From Armatimonadota bacterium (lineage in GTDB: Bacteria; Vulcanimicrobiota; JACPDS01; JBDRKI01), in contig JBDRKI010000048.1 of assembly GCA_043814095.1 (NCBI GenBank), positions 11,273 to 75,272 on the forward strand: DNA of 64,000 nt, written 5' to 3'. The position numbers and the translations under genes are program-made. Below, in pieces: positions 50,667 through 60,224 of this stretch; position 1 is the stretch's first letter, and each line of letters opens with the position of its first letter. The notes beneath the pieces were generated by a model that was not told the origin of the DNA, made no database searches, and saw only the letters and a program-made list of their open reading frames with translations.

Positions 50667-52484
50667 ATGTGCGGAATTTTCGGGATCGTTTTTGACAAAG
50701 ACAGGAAAGACCTGGGAAAAATACTGGTGGAAGCCGGCAGGCGGCTTTCATACAGGGGATATGACTCCGTCGGATGCGCGGGCATATCAGAAGACAGGAA
50801 ACACCTCTTAAAAAAAGACACGGGAACCGTTGACGAGGTAAATAAAAAATACGCTCTTGATAAGATGACCGGGAAGCGCGGCATAACACAGCTAAGATGG
50901 GCAACTTTCGGCATGCCCAAACAGGAAAACGCCCAACCCCATTACGACTGCGACGAAAATATGATAGGCGCGCATAACGGCAATATAGTGAACACCCTTG
51001 CCCTTCAGAAACTATACAAAAAAGAAGGCCATAAGATAAGAAGCGAAAATGACGGTGAAATGGTGGTTCACGCCATAGAAAAACATTTTGACCAGACCGG
51101 AGACATGGTTCTCGGGATTATAAACGGGGCTAAAGAGCTAACCGGTGATTACGCCTGTGTCATAACTCACTTAGACAGCGAAAAAATGTACTGCGTAAAA
51201 AGCGGATCATCGTTATATATGGGTGTAGGCCCCGATTTTATATGCACATCTTCCGACCTTCCATCTATATTATTTTTAACCGATAATATTATAATTTTAA
51301 ATGACGGCGAATTTGTTGAATTTGACGATAAAAATTTTACCATACGCTCTCTTTCGGACGGAAAAATCATAAGCCGAAAACCCGAAAAATGCAAAATGAG
51401 CGCGGAAGCGGCCAATAAGGGCGGATATGATTATTTCATGGAGAAAGAAATACGCGAACAGCCCGAAAAAGCGAGAAATATAATACATTTTCTTACCGAT
51501 TCAAAGCTGACAAAAGAATTTTTAAGCCTGCTGCGCACCGATAAAAACATATATTTTGTGGGTTCAGGAACATCATACCACGCATGCCTTCTCGGTTCAT
51601 ATTATTTCGGGGAGCTGGCTCATAAACAGATTACGGCCTGTATAGCCGGCAGTTTCATAGAAAATTACGGCAAATGCGTAAATGAAGATGATGTTGTCGT
51701 CCTTGTGTCACAGAGCGGAGAAACAAAAGACGTTATGAATATACTTAACTACCTGCAGAAGGAAGGAAAAGGAAAGATATTAAGCATTGTAAATGTGATC
51801 GGTTCAACCATAATGATGAGATCTTTAAAAAACCTTCCCCTGTGTTCCGATCTTGAAATATCAGTACCCGCGACAAAGACGTTTTTAAACCAGATAATAA
51901 TATTCTTATACCTCGCATTAAAATACAACGAGCATTATCTTGACGATTATAAAGAGTATTTCAAAGAATTTGAAAATCTACCGGAACTCATCCAAAAAAC
52001 CATAGATATAACCGAGAAACCCTGCAAACAGCTCGCCGATAAAAAATATAATTACAAAGATATGTACTGCCTGGGATTCGGTTTAATGCACCCTGTAGCA
52101 TTGGAAGGCGCGTTAAAGATAAAAGAGATCGTTTACAACCACTGTGAAGGAATGTACTCATCCGAGTTTAAGCACGGGCCTTTGTCTATTGTTGATAAAA
52201 ACTATCCTATCATATTCAGCACCTGTTCGGATTACAAACACATGGTAGTATCGCACATAAATGAGGTGGCATGCAGGGGGGCGGCGGTAATCGTAATCTC
52301 TGATGAAGACGATGATTATGTAAAAAATTCTCAGGATTTTATTGCCGTACCGAAAACAAATAAATACTTTCTGCCCGTGCTAGAAACCATACCATTACAG
52401 TTATTCTCATATTATCTGGCGCTAAAGACAGGCAATGATCCTGATTTTCCGAAAAATTTAAGTAAAACAATAACCGTAGATTAG
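50667..52484 (+). CDS. glmS: Glutamine--fructose-6-phosphate aminotransferase-like protein (divergent)
   Basis: MCGIFG (Cys1), RGYDS, HNG, SQSGET, EGALKIKE, EFKHGP, C-terminal PKNLSKTITVD; start at ATG 50667 after GGAG. Confidence 0.88.
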   Translation: MCGIFGIVFDKDRKDLGKILVEAGRRLSYRGYDSVGCAGISEDRKHLLKKDTGTVDEVNKKYALDKMTGKRGITQLRWATFGMPKQENAQPHYDCDENMIGAHNGNIVNTLALQKLYKKEGHKIRSENDGEMVVHAIEKHFDQTGDMVLGIINGAKELTGDYACVITHLDSEKMYCVKSGSSLYMGVGPDFICTSSDLPSILFLTDNIIILNDGEFVEFDDKNFTIRSLSDGKIISRKPEKCKMSAEAANKGGYDYFMEKEIREQPEKARNIIHFLTDSKLTKEFLSLLRTDKNIYFVGSGTSYHACLLGSYYFGELAHKQITACIAGSFIENYGKCVNEDDVVVLVSQSGETKDVMNILNYLQKEGKGKILSIVNVIGSTIMMRSLKNLPLCSDLEISVPATKTFLNQIIIFLYLALKYNEHYLDDYKEYFKEFENLPELIQKTIDITEKPCKQLADKKYNYKDMYCLGFGLMHPVALEGALKIKEIVYNHCEGMYSSEFKHGPLSIVDKNYPIIFSTCSDYKHMVVSHINEVACRGAAVIVISDEDDDYVKNSQDFIAVPKTNKYFLPVLETIPLQLFSYYLALKTGNDPDFPKNLSKTITVD

Positions 52485-53000
52485 TTATTTTTTAAGATAC
52501 CTGCCGCTTTTTTTTATCTCTAAGATGCCTTCTTCTATAAGAAGGTCATTCTCATCTATTTCTTCGGGATCGACTTTGTCTGAAAGTGTTTTTTCCTGTT
52601 TGGTTTTGGTTTTCGGGGCTTGTTTTTTTTCTTTTTTTGAAGATTTGGAAGACTTTTTCTTTGCTTCCGGCACATACACCCTGTCTTCATCATATAATCT
52701 CTGCGCAAGATTAACTTTTGTAAGGTCGGCGTCTTCCGCCGGGCCTTGTGCCAGATTTAAAGCATCCTTAACCCTTGATCCTTCGGGCAGATCATAAACT
52801 CCGGACTTTTTTACCTGACCGCAGACATAAACCGTAATAAGGCCCGGTTCTTTTTTTTCCTCAACAACCTGGTTGGATGAATATTTTTTAATAATTACCC
52901 TGCTCTGGAGAAGTTCGTAATAATAAAACAGGATTACGATAACAAATACCAGCGCCAGCACCAGAAGAACTATCTTTGTTGATTTATCAATCTTAAACAT
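52485..53000 (-). CDS. Membrane-anchored SLBB-domain protein (ComEA-like, no HhH domain)
   Basis: TM helix then VYVCGQVKKSGVYDLPEGSRVKDALNLA...NLAQRLYDEDRVYVP. Confidence 0.85.
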   Translation of the reverse strand: MFKIDKSTKIVLLVLALVFVIVILFYYYELLQSRVIIKKYSSNQVVEEKKEPGLITVYVCGQVKKSGVYDLPEGSRVKDALNLAQGPAEDADLTKVNLAQRLYDEDRVYVPEAKKKSSKSSKKEKKQAPKTKTKQEKTLSDKVDPEEIDENDLLIEEGILEIKKSGRYLKK

Positions 53001-53020
53001 TAATATTCCCCTAAAAAGAA

Positions 53021-53050
53021 AAGCTGATTATATTTTAATATAATCAGCTT
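53021..53050 (-). terminator. Hairpin terminator after the SLH/barrel gene
   Basis: AAGCTGATTATATT-TT-AATATAATCAGCTT, perfect 14-bp arms; T-rich run follows on the minus strand. Confidence 0.65.
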
Positions 53051-53057
53051 ATTTATT

Positions 53058-53096
53058 TGTTAACAAAATGTTAATAATTTGTTAACTTTTTGTTAA
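53058..53096 (-). promoter_or_regulatory. Four TTAACA direct repeats at 11-bp period
   Basis: TGTTAA on the plus strand at 53058, 53069, 53080 and 53091. Confidence 0.75.
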
Positions 53097-53108
53097 TTTT
53101 TTTACCTT

Positions 53109-55220
53109 TTAGAAACTCATTTTTATCTCTAACGATGTCTGGCGGCCGTTCCAGTTGGAATTTAAAGTATTAAAGTTCTGGAAATCATAATATTTGTAAG
53201 CAGCCATTATGACGGCGTTGTCGCTCAACTGGTAGCTGGCGGCTATTGAAGGTACGGCCTGCTTAAAATTCTGGCCGGTTTGATCAATAAACCTGCCGTG
53301 ATAAGAGATATAGACCATATTGCCGTAAACTGTGAACTTCCTGTTAAACGGGTAGTTCAAGCTCAGCATGGCGATTTTCTGCGTAAGGTTCATCTCATCG
53401 TTTATAAGAGCGCTTCTTGAAATTTGGTACTGAAAATATCCGGCTGTCGCGTTTAAATTATTTTTAAATCTATGTGATAAAGTCGCTCCCGCGTCCTTGA
53501 GGCTTCCTTTCGCGTCACTTCCTAAAGTGCGCAGTTCAGGAAAGAACGGCTCAATAAAGCCCACCATGGATATATTCAAAGGAGTGGAAGCTTTTTTCTG
53601 CTGGAGCGCACCGTAAGTTAATGTCGCAACCGTCCTGTTGTCCTTGAATGTATACTGGACTCTTGCTTTTATGCCTTCCCTGTTATTGGGGTAGTTTACG
53701 TCATCATGCAGCTGGAAGTAATTTGAATAATACGTTGAGTAAGGTAAAAATACCGGTATATTCTGAGCGCTCGGAAATGCCGACAGGAACGGATCATATG
53801 TAGGCGACACGCTTATATAATTAGCCGTGATATCCCACTGTTTCGGCTTGTATTCAAAACCTATCCTGCCTAAACCGCCTTCTATCGGCATCCAGAAGTT
53901 TGTATTTGTCCTGTCTGCCGCATATTTGCTTCTCGCGTAATCCGCCGTAAGTTTAAACGTGTTAGGGAATAAAAGCTCGAGAGCTGCCCCGTATACGCCT
54001 TCCTGCTGGGGACCCACAACCGCGCTTCCCTGCCATCCCTGGCTCCTGCCGGCGCCTGCCGGGTCGGATCTTGCGGGTATGTTTATAAGCCCCGCGTTCT
54101 GAACGGTTCCGTTTGAAACGCGTTCGTTAACGGCTTCCATAAGGCTGAAGGTAATCTTGCCGTCTATGTCGTTCCTGGCTATATTATTCAGGACAAAATT
54201 GTAAGTAAGAGCGGCGGAAGACAGATTGGTATCATAAAAATTCGCTGTAGGAGCTACCGCGTTGCTTGCGCTGGGAAGTTTTGAATACATAAGTTCATAA
54301 TATATCGGGTTGCTTTTACCCAGCGTAAACCAGCTGTTATAATTAGCTCCGTAAAACGGCAGCACATAAGGCGCGTTTATATTCGGATTCTTTATCCCGT
54401 AAAGAACGGATGAATTAATAAGCTTGGGATTAAACGAACCCAGCATCAGCTTGGCATCGTTTTTCTGGTTTCTGATCCAGAATTTATCAAGACTTAACTT
54501 TGATAAAGGAGCATTCATACTGTTAAAATTAGCTCCGCCCGAGTCCGCGGTAAACGGATTTGAAAGATACGGAGGAGTAACGCCCCAGTAATTATCAACC
54601 GAAGGCTCACCGTAAGAATAAAAACCGGCCAGCTCAAGTCCTAAATTATAGTTAGGCACATTTGACTCGGCTCCCAGCATATAGAGGGCTGTTACCGCTC
54701 TGCCGTTAACAAGCGGTCTTCCGTTTGACCAGTCATTAACCGTAAAAGCGTTGGCCTGCCCTGCTGTGGCAAGATCTCCCCCGAACTGCTGGCCGACATA
54801 TATACTGTCAAACCCGCCGTAAAATCTTATATGTTCAAGGTCATTAACTCTTTTTCCGATGGCATCATATCCTTTTTCAAGTTCTGTTGTTCTTACACCC
54901 AGCGCCTGAAGCTCTTCGCCGTATTCCGTAAGAAGTTTCTTAAGCTCTTCGGCGTCTTCTTTACTGGCAAAAGTTGCCCACATCTGCTCTGATTTCGCGA
55001 GAAGCCTCGCCAGGGCAACAGCCAGCTCCCATCTGGTAGCGGACCTGTCGCCTTTAAAAGTCCCGTCCGGATACCCTTCTATAATACCCTTGGCCGCAAG
55101 CTGGGCCACGGCATCCCTGCCCCAGTGGTTAGCCGGGACATCCGGGAATAATGGAGCGGCAAATGCCGCAGGCAAAAGCACTGCAAAAACTAAAATAAGA
55201 GCGATGAACCTTTTAATCAT
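53109..55220 (-). CDS. SLH-domain outer-membrane beta-barrel protein (OmpM-like)
   Basis: FPDVPANHW...IIEGYPDGTFKGDRSATRWE SLH domain, coiled coil, amphipathic strands, terminal Phe. Confidence 0.85.
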   Translation of the reverse strand: MIKRFIALILVFAVLLPAAFAAPLFPDVPANHWGRDAVAQLAAKGIIEGYPDGTFKGDRSATRWELAVALARLLAKSEQMWATFASKEDAEELKKLLTEYGEELQALGVRTTELEKGYDAIGKRVNDLEHIRFYGGFDSIYVGQQFGGDLATAGQANAFTVNDWSNGRPLVNGRAVTALYMLGAESNVPNYNLGLELAGFYSYGEPSVDNYWGVTPPYLSNPFTADSGGANFNSMNAPLSKLSLDKFWIRNQKNDAKLMLGSFNPKLINSSVLYGIKNPNINAPYVLPFYGANYNSWFTLGKSNPIYYELMYSKLPSASNAVAPTANFYDTNLSSAALTYNFVLNNIARNDIDGKITFSLMEAVNERVSNGTVQNAGLINIPARSDPAGAGRSQGWQGSAVVGPQQEGVYGAALELLFPNTFKLTADYARSKYAADRTNTNFWMPIEGGLGRIGFEYKPKQWDITANYISVSPTYDPFLSAFPSAQNIPVFLPYSTYYSNYFQLHDDVNYPNNREGIKARVQYTFKDNRTVATLTYGALQQKKASTPLNISMVGFIEPFFPELRTLGSDAKGSLKDAGATLSHRFKNNLNATAGYFQYQISRSALINDEMNLTQKIAMLSLNYPFNRKFTVYGNMVYISYHGRFIDQTGQNFKQAVPSIAASYQLSDNAVIMAAYKYYDFQNFNTLNSNWNGRQTSLEIKMSF

Positions 55221-55407
55221 TCTGTCCTCCGAATCCCGTAAAGAAATTCTAATCCTTTACTATATTAAGTATTATTATGCTTTTTGTGTAATTTTACATA
55301 TATAAATAAAACTCCTCCTTATCTAAAATAAACATTTCCTTGACTTTTACAAGTTAATTATATTAATATTTACAGGAAATGTTAAATAATTATAATGGAG
55401 GATTTCA

Positions 55408-55626
55408 ATGAAAGAAAAAGTTGAAAAAATACTTGAAGAAGTAAGGCCCGCATTAATGGCCGACGGCGGAAATGTTGAACTGGTATCGGTTGAAAACAAT
55501 ATCGTTAAAGTTAAATTAACGGGGGCCTGCGGTCACTGTCCTATGTCGCAGATGACTTTAAAGCTTGGAATTGAAAGAGCAATAAAAGAAAAACTGCCCG
55601 AAATAGAATCTGTTGAGTCAGTATAA
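55408..55626 (+). CDS. NifU/Nfu-type Fe-S scaffold domain protein
   Basis: VRPALMADGGNVEL, GACGHCP; GGAGG RBS. Confidence 0.95.
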   Translation: MKEKVEKILEEVRPALMADGGNVELVSVENNIVKVKLTGACGHCPMSQMTLKLGIERAIKEKLPEIESVESV

Positions 55627-55673
55627 TAATATTCTTTAAAAGTATTTGATTTTCAATAGCTTTGTAGAGGATA

Positions 55674-55707
55674 ACAGGATAGAGAATAAATTCATTCTCT
55701 ATCCTGT
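55674..55707. terminator. Inverted repeat between convergent nfu and nitroreductase genes
   Basis: ACAGGATAGAGAAT-AAATTC-ATTCTCTATCCTGT; one arm lies in the last nitroreductase codons. Confidence 0.6.
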
Positions 55708-56225
55708 ATTATTTTAAATATATCTTCCTTATCTTTCCTGGAAGTAATCCTTGCTTTTTCATTCATATAACTTACGGGAATAATTGAAACGGGCATTAGA
55801 TTGCCCGGTACATCCAAAGCTACGGCCGCTTTTTCAGGACTAAAAGCCCCTATCCAGCACGCGCCGTATCCTAATGCGGACGCAGCTAAAAGAAGATTCT
55901 GAGTTGCCGCGGCCGTATCCTGGATACAGTAAAGCTCCTCCCCGCGCCTGCCGTACCCTGAAGCAGAAGATCCCGGATCCGCGCAGACAACAAAAACAAC
56001 ATCCGCTTCAGCAATAAAACCCTGCCCGAAAGCCGCATGGGCCAGCTCTTTTTTTATTTTTTCATTTTTAACAACATAAAAAAACCAGGGCTGTATGTTT
56101 CCGGCAGAAGGAGCCGCCCTCAATGCTTCCATAAGCAGCTCAATATGCTCCTGCGGAAGTTTTTTCCCTTTTATGAAATTTCTACAGCAATGCCGGTTAA
56201 ATATAAAGTCAATTTTTTCTTTCAA
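55692..56225 (-). CDS. Nitroreductase-family protein
   Basis: APSAGNIQPW, QDTAAATQNLLLAA, GACWIG; start moved to TTG 56225 after AGGAGG. Confidence 0.92.
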   Translation of the reverse strand: MKEKIDFIFNRHCCRNFIKGKKLPQEHIELLMEALRAAPSAGNIQPWFFYVVKNEKIKKELAHAAFGQGFIAEADVVFVVCADPGSSASGYGRRGEELYCIQDTAAATQNLLLAASALGYGACWIGAFSPEKAAVALDVPGNLMPVSIIPVSYMNEKARITSRKDKEDIFKIIQDRE

Positions 56226-56280
56226 TATATACCTCCTGCGCGTAGTCATAGACACGCAAATATGTTATAATATTTTCATT

Positions 56281-58638
56281 GTGACCTTCATAATTCCTGT
56301 CGCCGCTTCCTACATAGCCGGCGTCGTCTCCTGTTACAATAAAGTAGCTGTTATATTTGTATTTCCGGCGGCTTTAGCGATACTTCTCTTTCTGAAAATG
56401 CGGCTTAAACAAAATTTTTCCACCGCATTAATTCCCATAATATTAATATACCTGCTTCTGGGATATTTTCTAACACAGGTTGTGCTTTTAAAAAACGGGG
56501 AGGCGTTACTTGATTTTCTGGAAAATAAAAATATAACCGCAACCGGTATCATATCAAATGTATCCGAGAAAAAAAATAATGAGCTTTCCATTATGCTGAA
56601 ACTCCAAAGCGCGGTATATGAGAATGTAACTTATAAACAAAATCAGGTTGTAAATGTTTTTATCCATAAAGATTTAAAAACATCATCTCTCCGGTACGGC
56701 GATATAATTAAATTATCAAACTTAAAACTTAGAAAACCCGCGCCTCCATCTTACCCGGGAGAATTTAATTATCAAAAATATCTTTTATGCAGGGGTATAA
56801 ACTATACGGCCTACGCGCATAAAAGCGAGCTTTCTGTCATACAAACAGGCAAAAATACTTCTATAGGCGGGTTAATCTTCGCTCTACGCAGGAAAATAGT
56901 AAATTTATTTAATTCTACGGTATACGGTGAGAATGCGAGTCTTTTAAACAGTATAGTTTTAGGCGAAAAAAACCTGCTTCCCGGAAAACTGGATGACGCT
57001 TTTATTAAAACAGGAACTCTTCACCTTATTGCCGCTTCCGGTTTCAATGTGGCGATTCTGATATTATTCTGCTTCACAGCGGGCGGTGTTTTTAAAATTA
57101 AAAAGAAGCTTATCGCCGTTCCCGCAATCGCATTAATTATAATTTATACTCTTTTATGCGGGGGCGACCCGTCCATAACAAGAGCCGCCGTTCTGGGAAT
57201 ATTCGCCATGGCGGCTGTGCTTTTCGGAAAAGAAAAAGAATCAGTTCATCTTCTCATACTGGCGGGATTATTAATACTTCTTTTTAAGCCCCTGTGGTTA
57301 TTTGACATCGGATTCCAGCTCAGCTTTCTTGCCTGTTTCGGCATATTATTTATAAGTCCGGTTTTCCAGAAAAAGCTAAACTTTATGCCCGAATATTTAA
57401 ATTCCTTAATCTCGGTAACCCTGGGCGCCCAGATTATGCTTGTTCCCGTTCTTATATACTATTTCGGCAGAATATCCGTCACATTTATAATCGCGAACCT
57501 TCTGCTTATACCAATAGTTGAAATACTGCTTCCACTGGGACTTATACATATTATTCTGGGGTTCATCCTCCCATGTATTCTGCCGTTAACTTCAATTATA
57601 TGCTACTCCCTGTCATTTATGTTTTTAAAAATAATTTATTTTCTGAATAAAGTTCCTTTCTCCCTTATAGGTTTCAGCAAGCCCGGCAGCTTAACTTTCA
57701 TTCTTTTTTATTCTTCCCTGTGTGCAATCCTGTACCATTACAATAAACCCGATAAAAAGATACCCGTTAAAATATATTTAATCTGCGCATTGACAATCCT
57801 TGGTTTATTCATAAGTTCCAAATTTATTGACTTAAATACCCTGACCGTTACTTTTTTAAATATACCCGGCGGGGACTGCATACATATAAAGACGCCGGGG
57901 AACAAAAACATACTGATAGACACGGGCTCAAGCTACATCTACGGAAACAAAGTTTACGACTGCGCGGAAAAAACTATTCTACCCTATCTCAAGCAGGAAG
58001 GCATAAAAAAAATAGATCTTGTAATTATTACCCATATGCACAATGATCATATCGGCGGTCTTGCAACACTGCTGAAAAATATCCCCGTTAAAGCCGTAGC
58101 GGGAAACTTCACTGAAGATCTAAGCCATGCCTGCGGGCAGGCTTTAAAATACATAAAGCTTAAGAATATAACCCTGCATCCCTTGAAAGAAAAAGATATT
58201 ATCAAGATAAAAAATGACTTGAACTTTTTTGTTTTATTCCCGGATGATGAACCGCTCAAAAAAGATAATTTAAACAATACTTCCATAGTCATAAAACTGG
58301 CATATAAAGATACCAGCTTCCTTTTTACGGGCGATATAGAGGAAGAAGCGGAAAAACGCCTTATATATAATCCCGCATTAAAAAGCAACGTTCTTAAAGT
58401 GGCCCATCAGGGATCAAAAACTTCTTCTTCCTACCAGTTCCTTAAGAAAGTAAGCCCTTCCTTTGCCGTTATATCAGCCGGCAGATACAATCATTTTAAC
58501 CACCCTCACTCCAGGGTAATAAATGCAATAAAATCCAATAATATCAGGCATTTTATTACTTCCTGTGACGGCCCTGTTATCTTTAAAAGTAACGGTAAAA
58601 ATATCCGTTTTTACCTGCCCGGACAATATAGTTATTAA
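56281..58638 (+). CDS. comEC: DNA internalization competence protein ComEC/Rec2
   Basis: GTLHLIAASGFN, PSITRA, GFQLSF, C-terminal MBL domain (THMHNDHIGG, LFTGD, HQGS, NHPH); start approximate (GTG 56281). Confidence 0.93.
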   Translation: MTFIIPVAASYIAGVVSCYNKVAVIFVFPAALAILLFLKMRLKQNFSTALIPIILIYLLLGYFLTQVVLLKNGEALLDFLENKNITATGIISNVSEKKNNELSIMLKLQSAVYENVTYKQNQVVNVFIHKDLKTSSLRYGDIIKLSNLKLRKPAPPSYPGEFNYQKYLLCRGINYTAYAHKSELSVIQTGKNTSIGGLIFALRRKIVNLFNSTVYGENASLLNSIVLGEKNLLPGKLDDAFIKTGTLHLIAASGFNVAILILFCFTAGGVFKIKKKLIAVPAIALIIIYTLLCGGDPSITRAAVLGIFAMAAVLFGKEKESVHLLILAGLLILLFKPLWLFDIGFQLSFLACFGILFISPVFQKKLNFMPEYLNSLISVTLGAQIMLVPVLIYYFGRISVTFIIANLLLIPIVEILLPLGLIHIILGFILPCILPLTSIICYSLSFMFLKIIYFLNKVPFSLIGFSKPGSLTFILFYSSLCAILYHYNKPDKKIPVKIYLICALTILGLFISSKFIDLNTLTVTFLNIPGGDCIHIKTPGNKNILIDTGSSYIYGNKVYDCAEKTILPYLKQEGIKKIDLVIITHMHNDHIGGLATLLKNIPVKAVAGNFTEDLSHACGQALKYIKLKNITLHPLKEKDIIKIKNDLNFFVLFPDDEPLKKDNLNNTSIVIKLAYKDTSFLFTGDIEEEAEKRLIYNPALKSNVLKVAHQGSKTSSSYQFLKKVSPSFAVISAGRYNHFNHPHSRVINAIKSNNIRHFITSCDGPVIFKSNGKNIRFYLPGQYSY

Positions 58639-58699
58639 AAGTTATATCTTCAATTTTTCCTTTTTTTAATATCAGAGAACTCTCTAAAAAGAAAAAAAA

Positions 58700-58764
58700 T
58701 TAACATTCTGTTAACAATTTTTTAACATATTGTCAACAAATAAAACTTCAAAATGCACTATAAT
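58700..58764 (+). promoter_or_regulatory. Four T(T/C)AACA repeats at 11-bp period followed by a -10 box
   Basis: TTAACA at 58700, 58711, 58722; TCAACA at 58733; TATAAT at 58759. Confidence 0.75.
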
Positions 58765-58771
58765 TTAATTA

Positions 58772-59473
58772 GTGGGAATTATTTTTAACGACGGGAATAC
58801 AAAAATGGGAAACAAAAATACACATAAAGAAAAAATACAGGACTTTAATACATACCTGTATTCTAAATTTCCCGGACAGCAGGATACGGTGTCTGAAATA
58901 TTCTCATTTGAAGACGCCTCGGTTATCGGTAATGTTAAGCTGCGCGGCCTATACAGCAGCCACTATATTAATATGGAAATAACCGAGAACGAGTTACTGA
59001 AGCACTGCGGCGGAGTAATAGGCGACAGTTTTTTGTCGGTTGAAGCCAGGCAGAAAGGTTCAAAAAAACTGCGCATAGCAGGCCGGGTAAGCGAAGAGAA
59101 CGGCTCGATAAAAAAAATATCGCTGGAAATAAAATTCAATTCAATAGAAGTAGACAAAACAAAAGTATATGAAAAAGTAATCCACGGCAAAATCCACAAA
59201 ACGGCAATCAATTTAAAATGCCACTCAAAATTCCTGCACCGTCAAGGCGCGCTAAACAGAACTTTCTGGGGCACGATAAACAAAGACAAAGTGACCATAA
59301 ATATCACGGACCTGGGACAGGCAAGCGGCAGCAAAACCCTTCTTACGGGCACTGTTTCAAAAAAGAACCTGCTCCAGTCATTTAATTTCTCGGCCGACTG
59401 GCATAACGGCTACGGATACATCCACCAGATAGAAGGATTCCTTCTTCCTATCTTAATCTATCCCTTAATATAA
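58772..59473 (+). CDS. Hypothetical beta-rich protein (start may be ATG 58805)
   Basis: 233-aa ORF downstream of the repeat-array promoter; no family recognised. Confidence 0.7.
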   Translation: MGIIFNDGNTKMGNKNTHKEKIQDFNTYLYSKFPGQQDTVSEIFSFEDASVIGNVKLRGLYSSHYINMEITENELLKHCGGVIGDSFLSVEARQKGSKKLRIAGRVSEENGSIKKISLEIKFNSIEVDKTKVYEKVIHGKIHKTAINLKCHSKFLHRQGALNRTFWGTINKDKVTINITDLGQASGSKTLLTGTVSKKNLLQSFNFSADWHNGYGYIHQIEGFLLPILIYPLI

Positions 59474-59476
59474 TTA

Positions 59477-59506
59477 TTGACTACCTTTCACGCCTTATGC
59501 TACAAT
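59477..59506 (+). promoter_or_regulatory. Sigma70-type promoter for hypB
   Basis: TTGACT-18 nt-TACAAT with TG extension. Confidence 0.55.
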
Positions 59507-59567
59507 TTCTAAGGATTTAATTTAAAGATCAGGATTTTGTTTGGTAAATATTCTATAAGGAGAAAGC

Positions 59568-60224
59568 ATGGAAATTAAAGTACAGAAAAACATATTACAG
59601 ACAAATGAAGATTATGCAAACCGGTGCAGATCTTTAATTAAACAGAATAACATATATATGATAGATTTAATGGGCTCGCCGGGAAGCGGGAAGACTACCC
59701 TTTTAGAGCAAACAATAAAGGTGCTCGGAAATACTTTAAAAATAGGCGTTATAGAAGGCGATCTCTCAACCGATATAGACAGGGAAAGAATACGCTCGCA
59801 CGGGGTGCAGGCAGTGCAGGTAAATACCGGAAAAGGATGCCACCTTAACGCTAAAATGGTTTACGATGCACTGCAGGAGCTTAACCTGAAAGAACTTGAT
59901 ATAATCTTTCTGGAAAATGTAGGCAACCTGGTATGCCCCGCGGAATTCAACCTTGGCCAGGATGAAAAAATAGTGGTTTTAAGCACGCCTGAAGGAGAAG
60001 AGAAGCCTCTTAAATACCCCATTATATTCAGAACTTCAAAAGCCATAGTTATAAATAAGATAGATCTTCTGCCTTATGTTTCATTTGATATGGAGAAACT
60101 TAATAATAATATTGAGAACATTAATCCCGGAGCAGTGAAGTTCGAGGTCTCCGCAACTAAAGGTACCGGAATGGACGGATGGATTGATTACCTGAAGAGC
60201 AGGATCCCTAAATCTCACCCATAA
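59568..60224 (+). CDS. hypB: Hydrogenase nickel incorporation GTPase
   Basis: GSPGSGKT, GCHL, ENVGNLVCPAEF, KYP, NKID. Confidence 0.95.
   Translation: MEIKVQKNILQTNEDYANRCRSLIKQNNIYMIDLMGSPGSGKTTLLEQTIKVLGNTLKIGVIEGDLSTDIDRERIRSHGVQAVQVNTGKGCHLNAKMVYDALQELNLKELDIIFLENVGNLVCPAEFNLGQDEKIVVLSTPEGEEKPLKYPIIFRTSKAIVINKIDLLPYVSFDMEKLNNNIENINPGAVKFEVSATKGTGMDGWIDYLKSRIPKSHP

Noticed and set aside
53058-53096. Short repeat arrays as CRISPR or replication iterons
   Set aside because: Units are 6 bp at 11-bp period with no spacers, no cas or rep genes; they fit transcription-factor boxes better.
56095-56280. N-terminal extension of comEC in the track
   Set aside because: Overlaps the divergent nitroreductase gene; the hydrophobic ComEC N-terminus begins near 56281.
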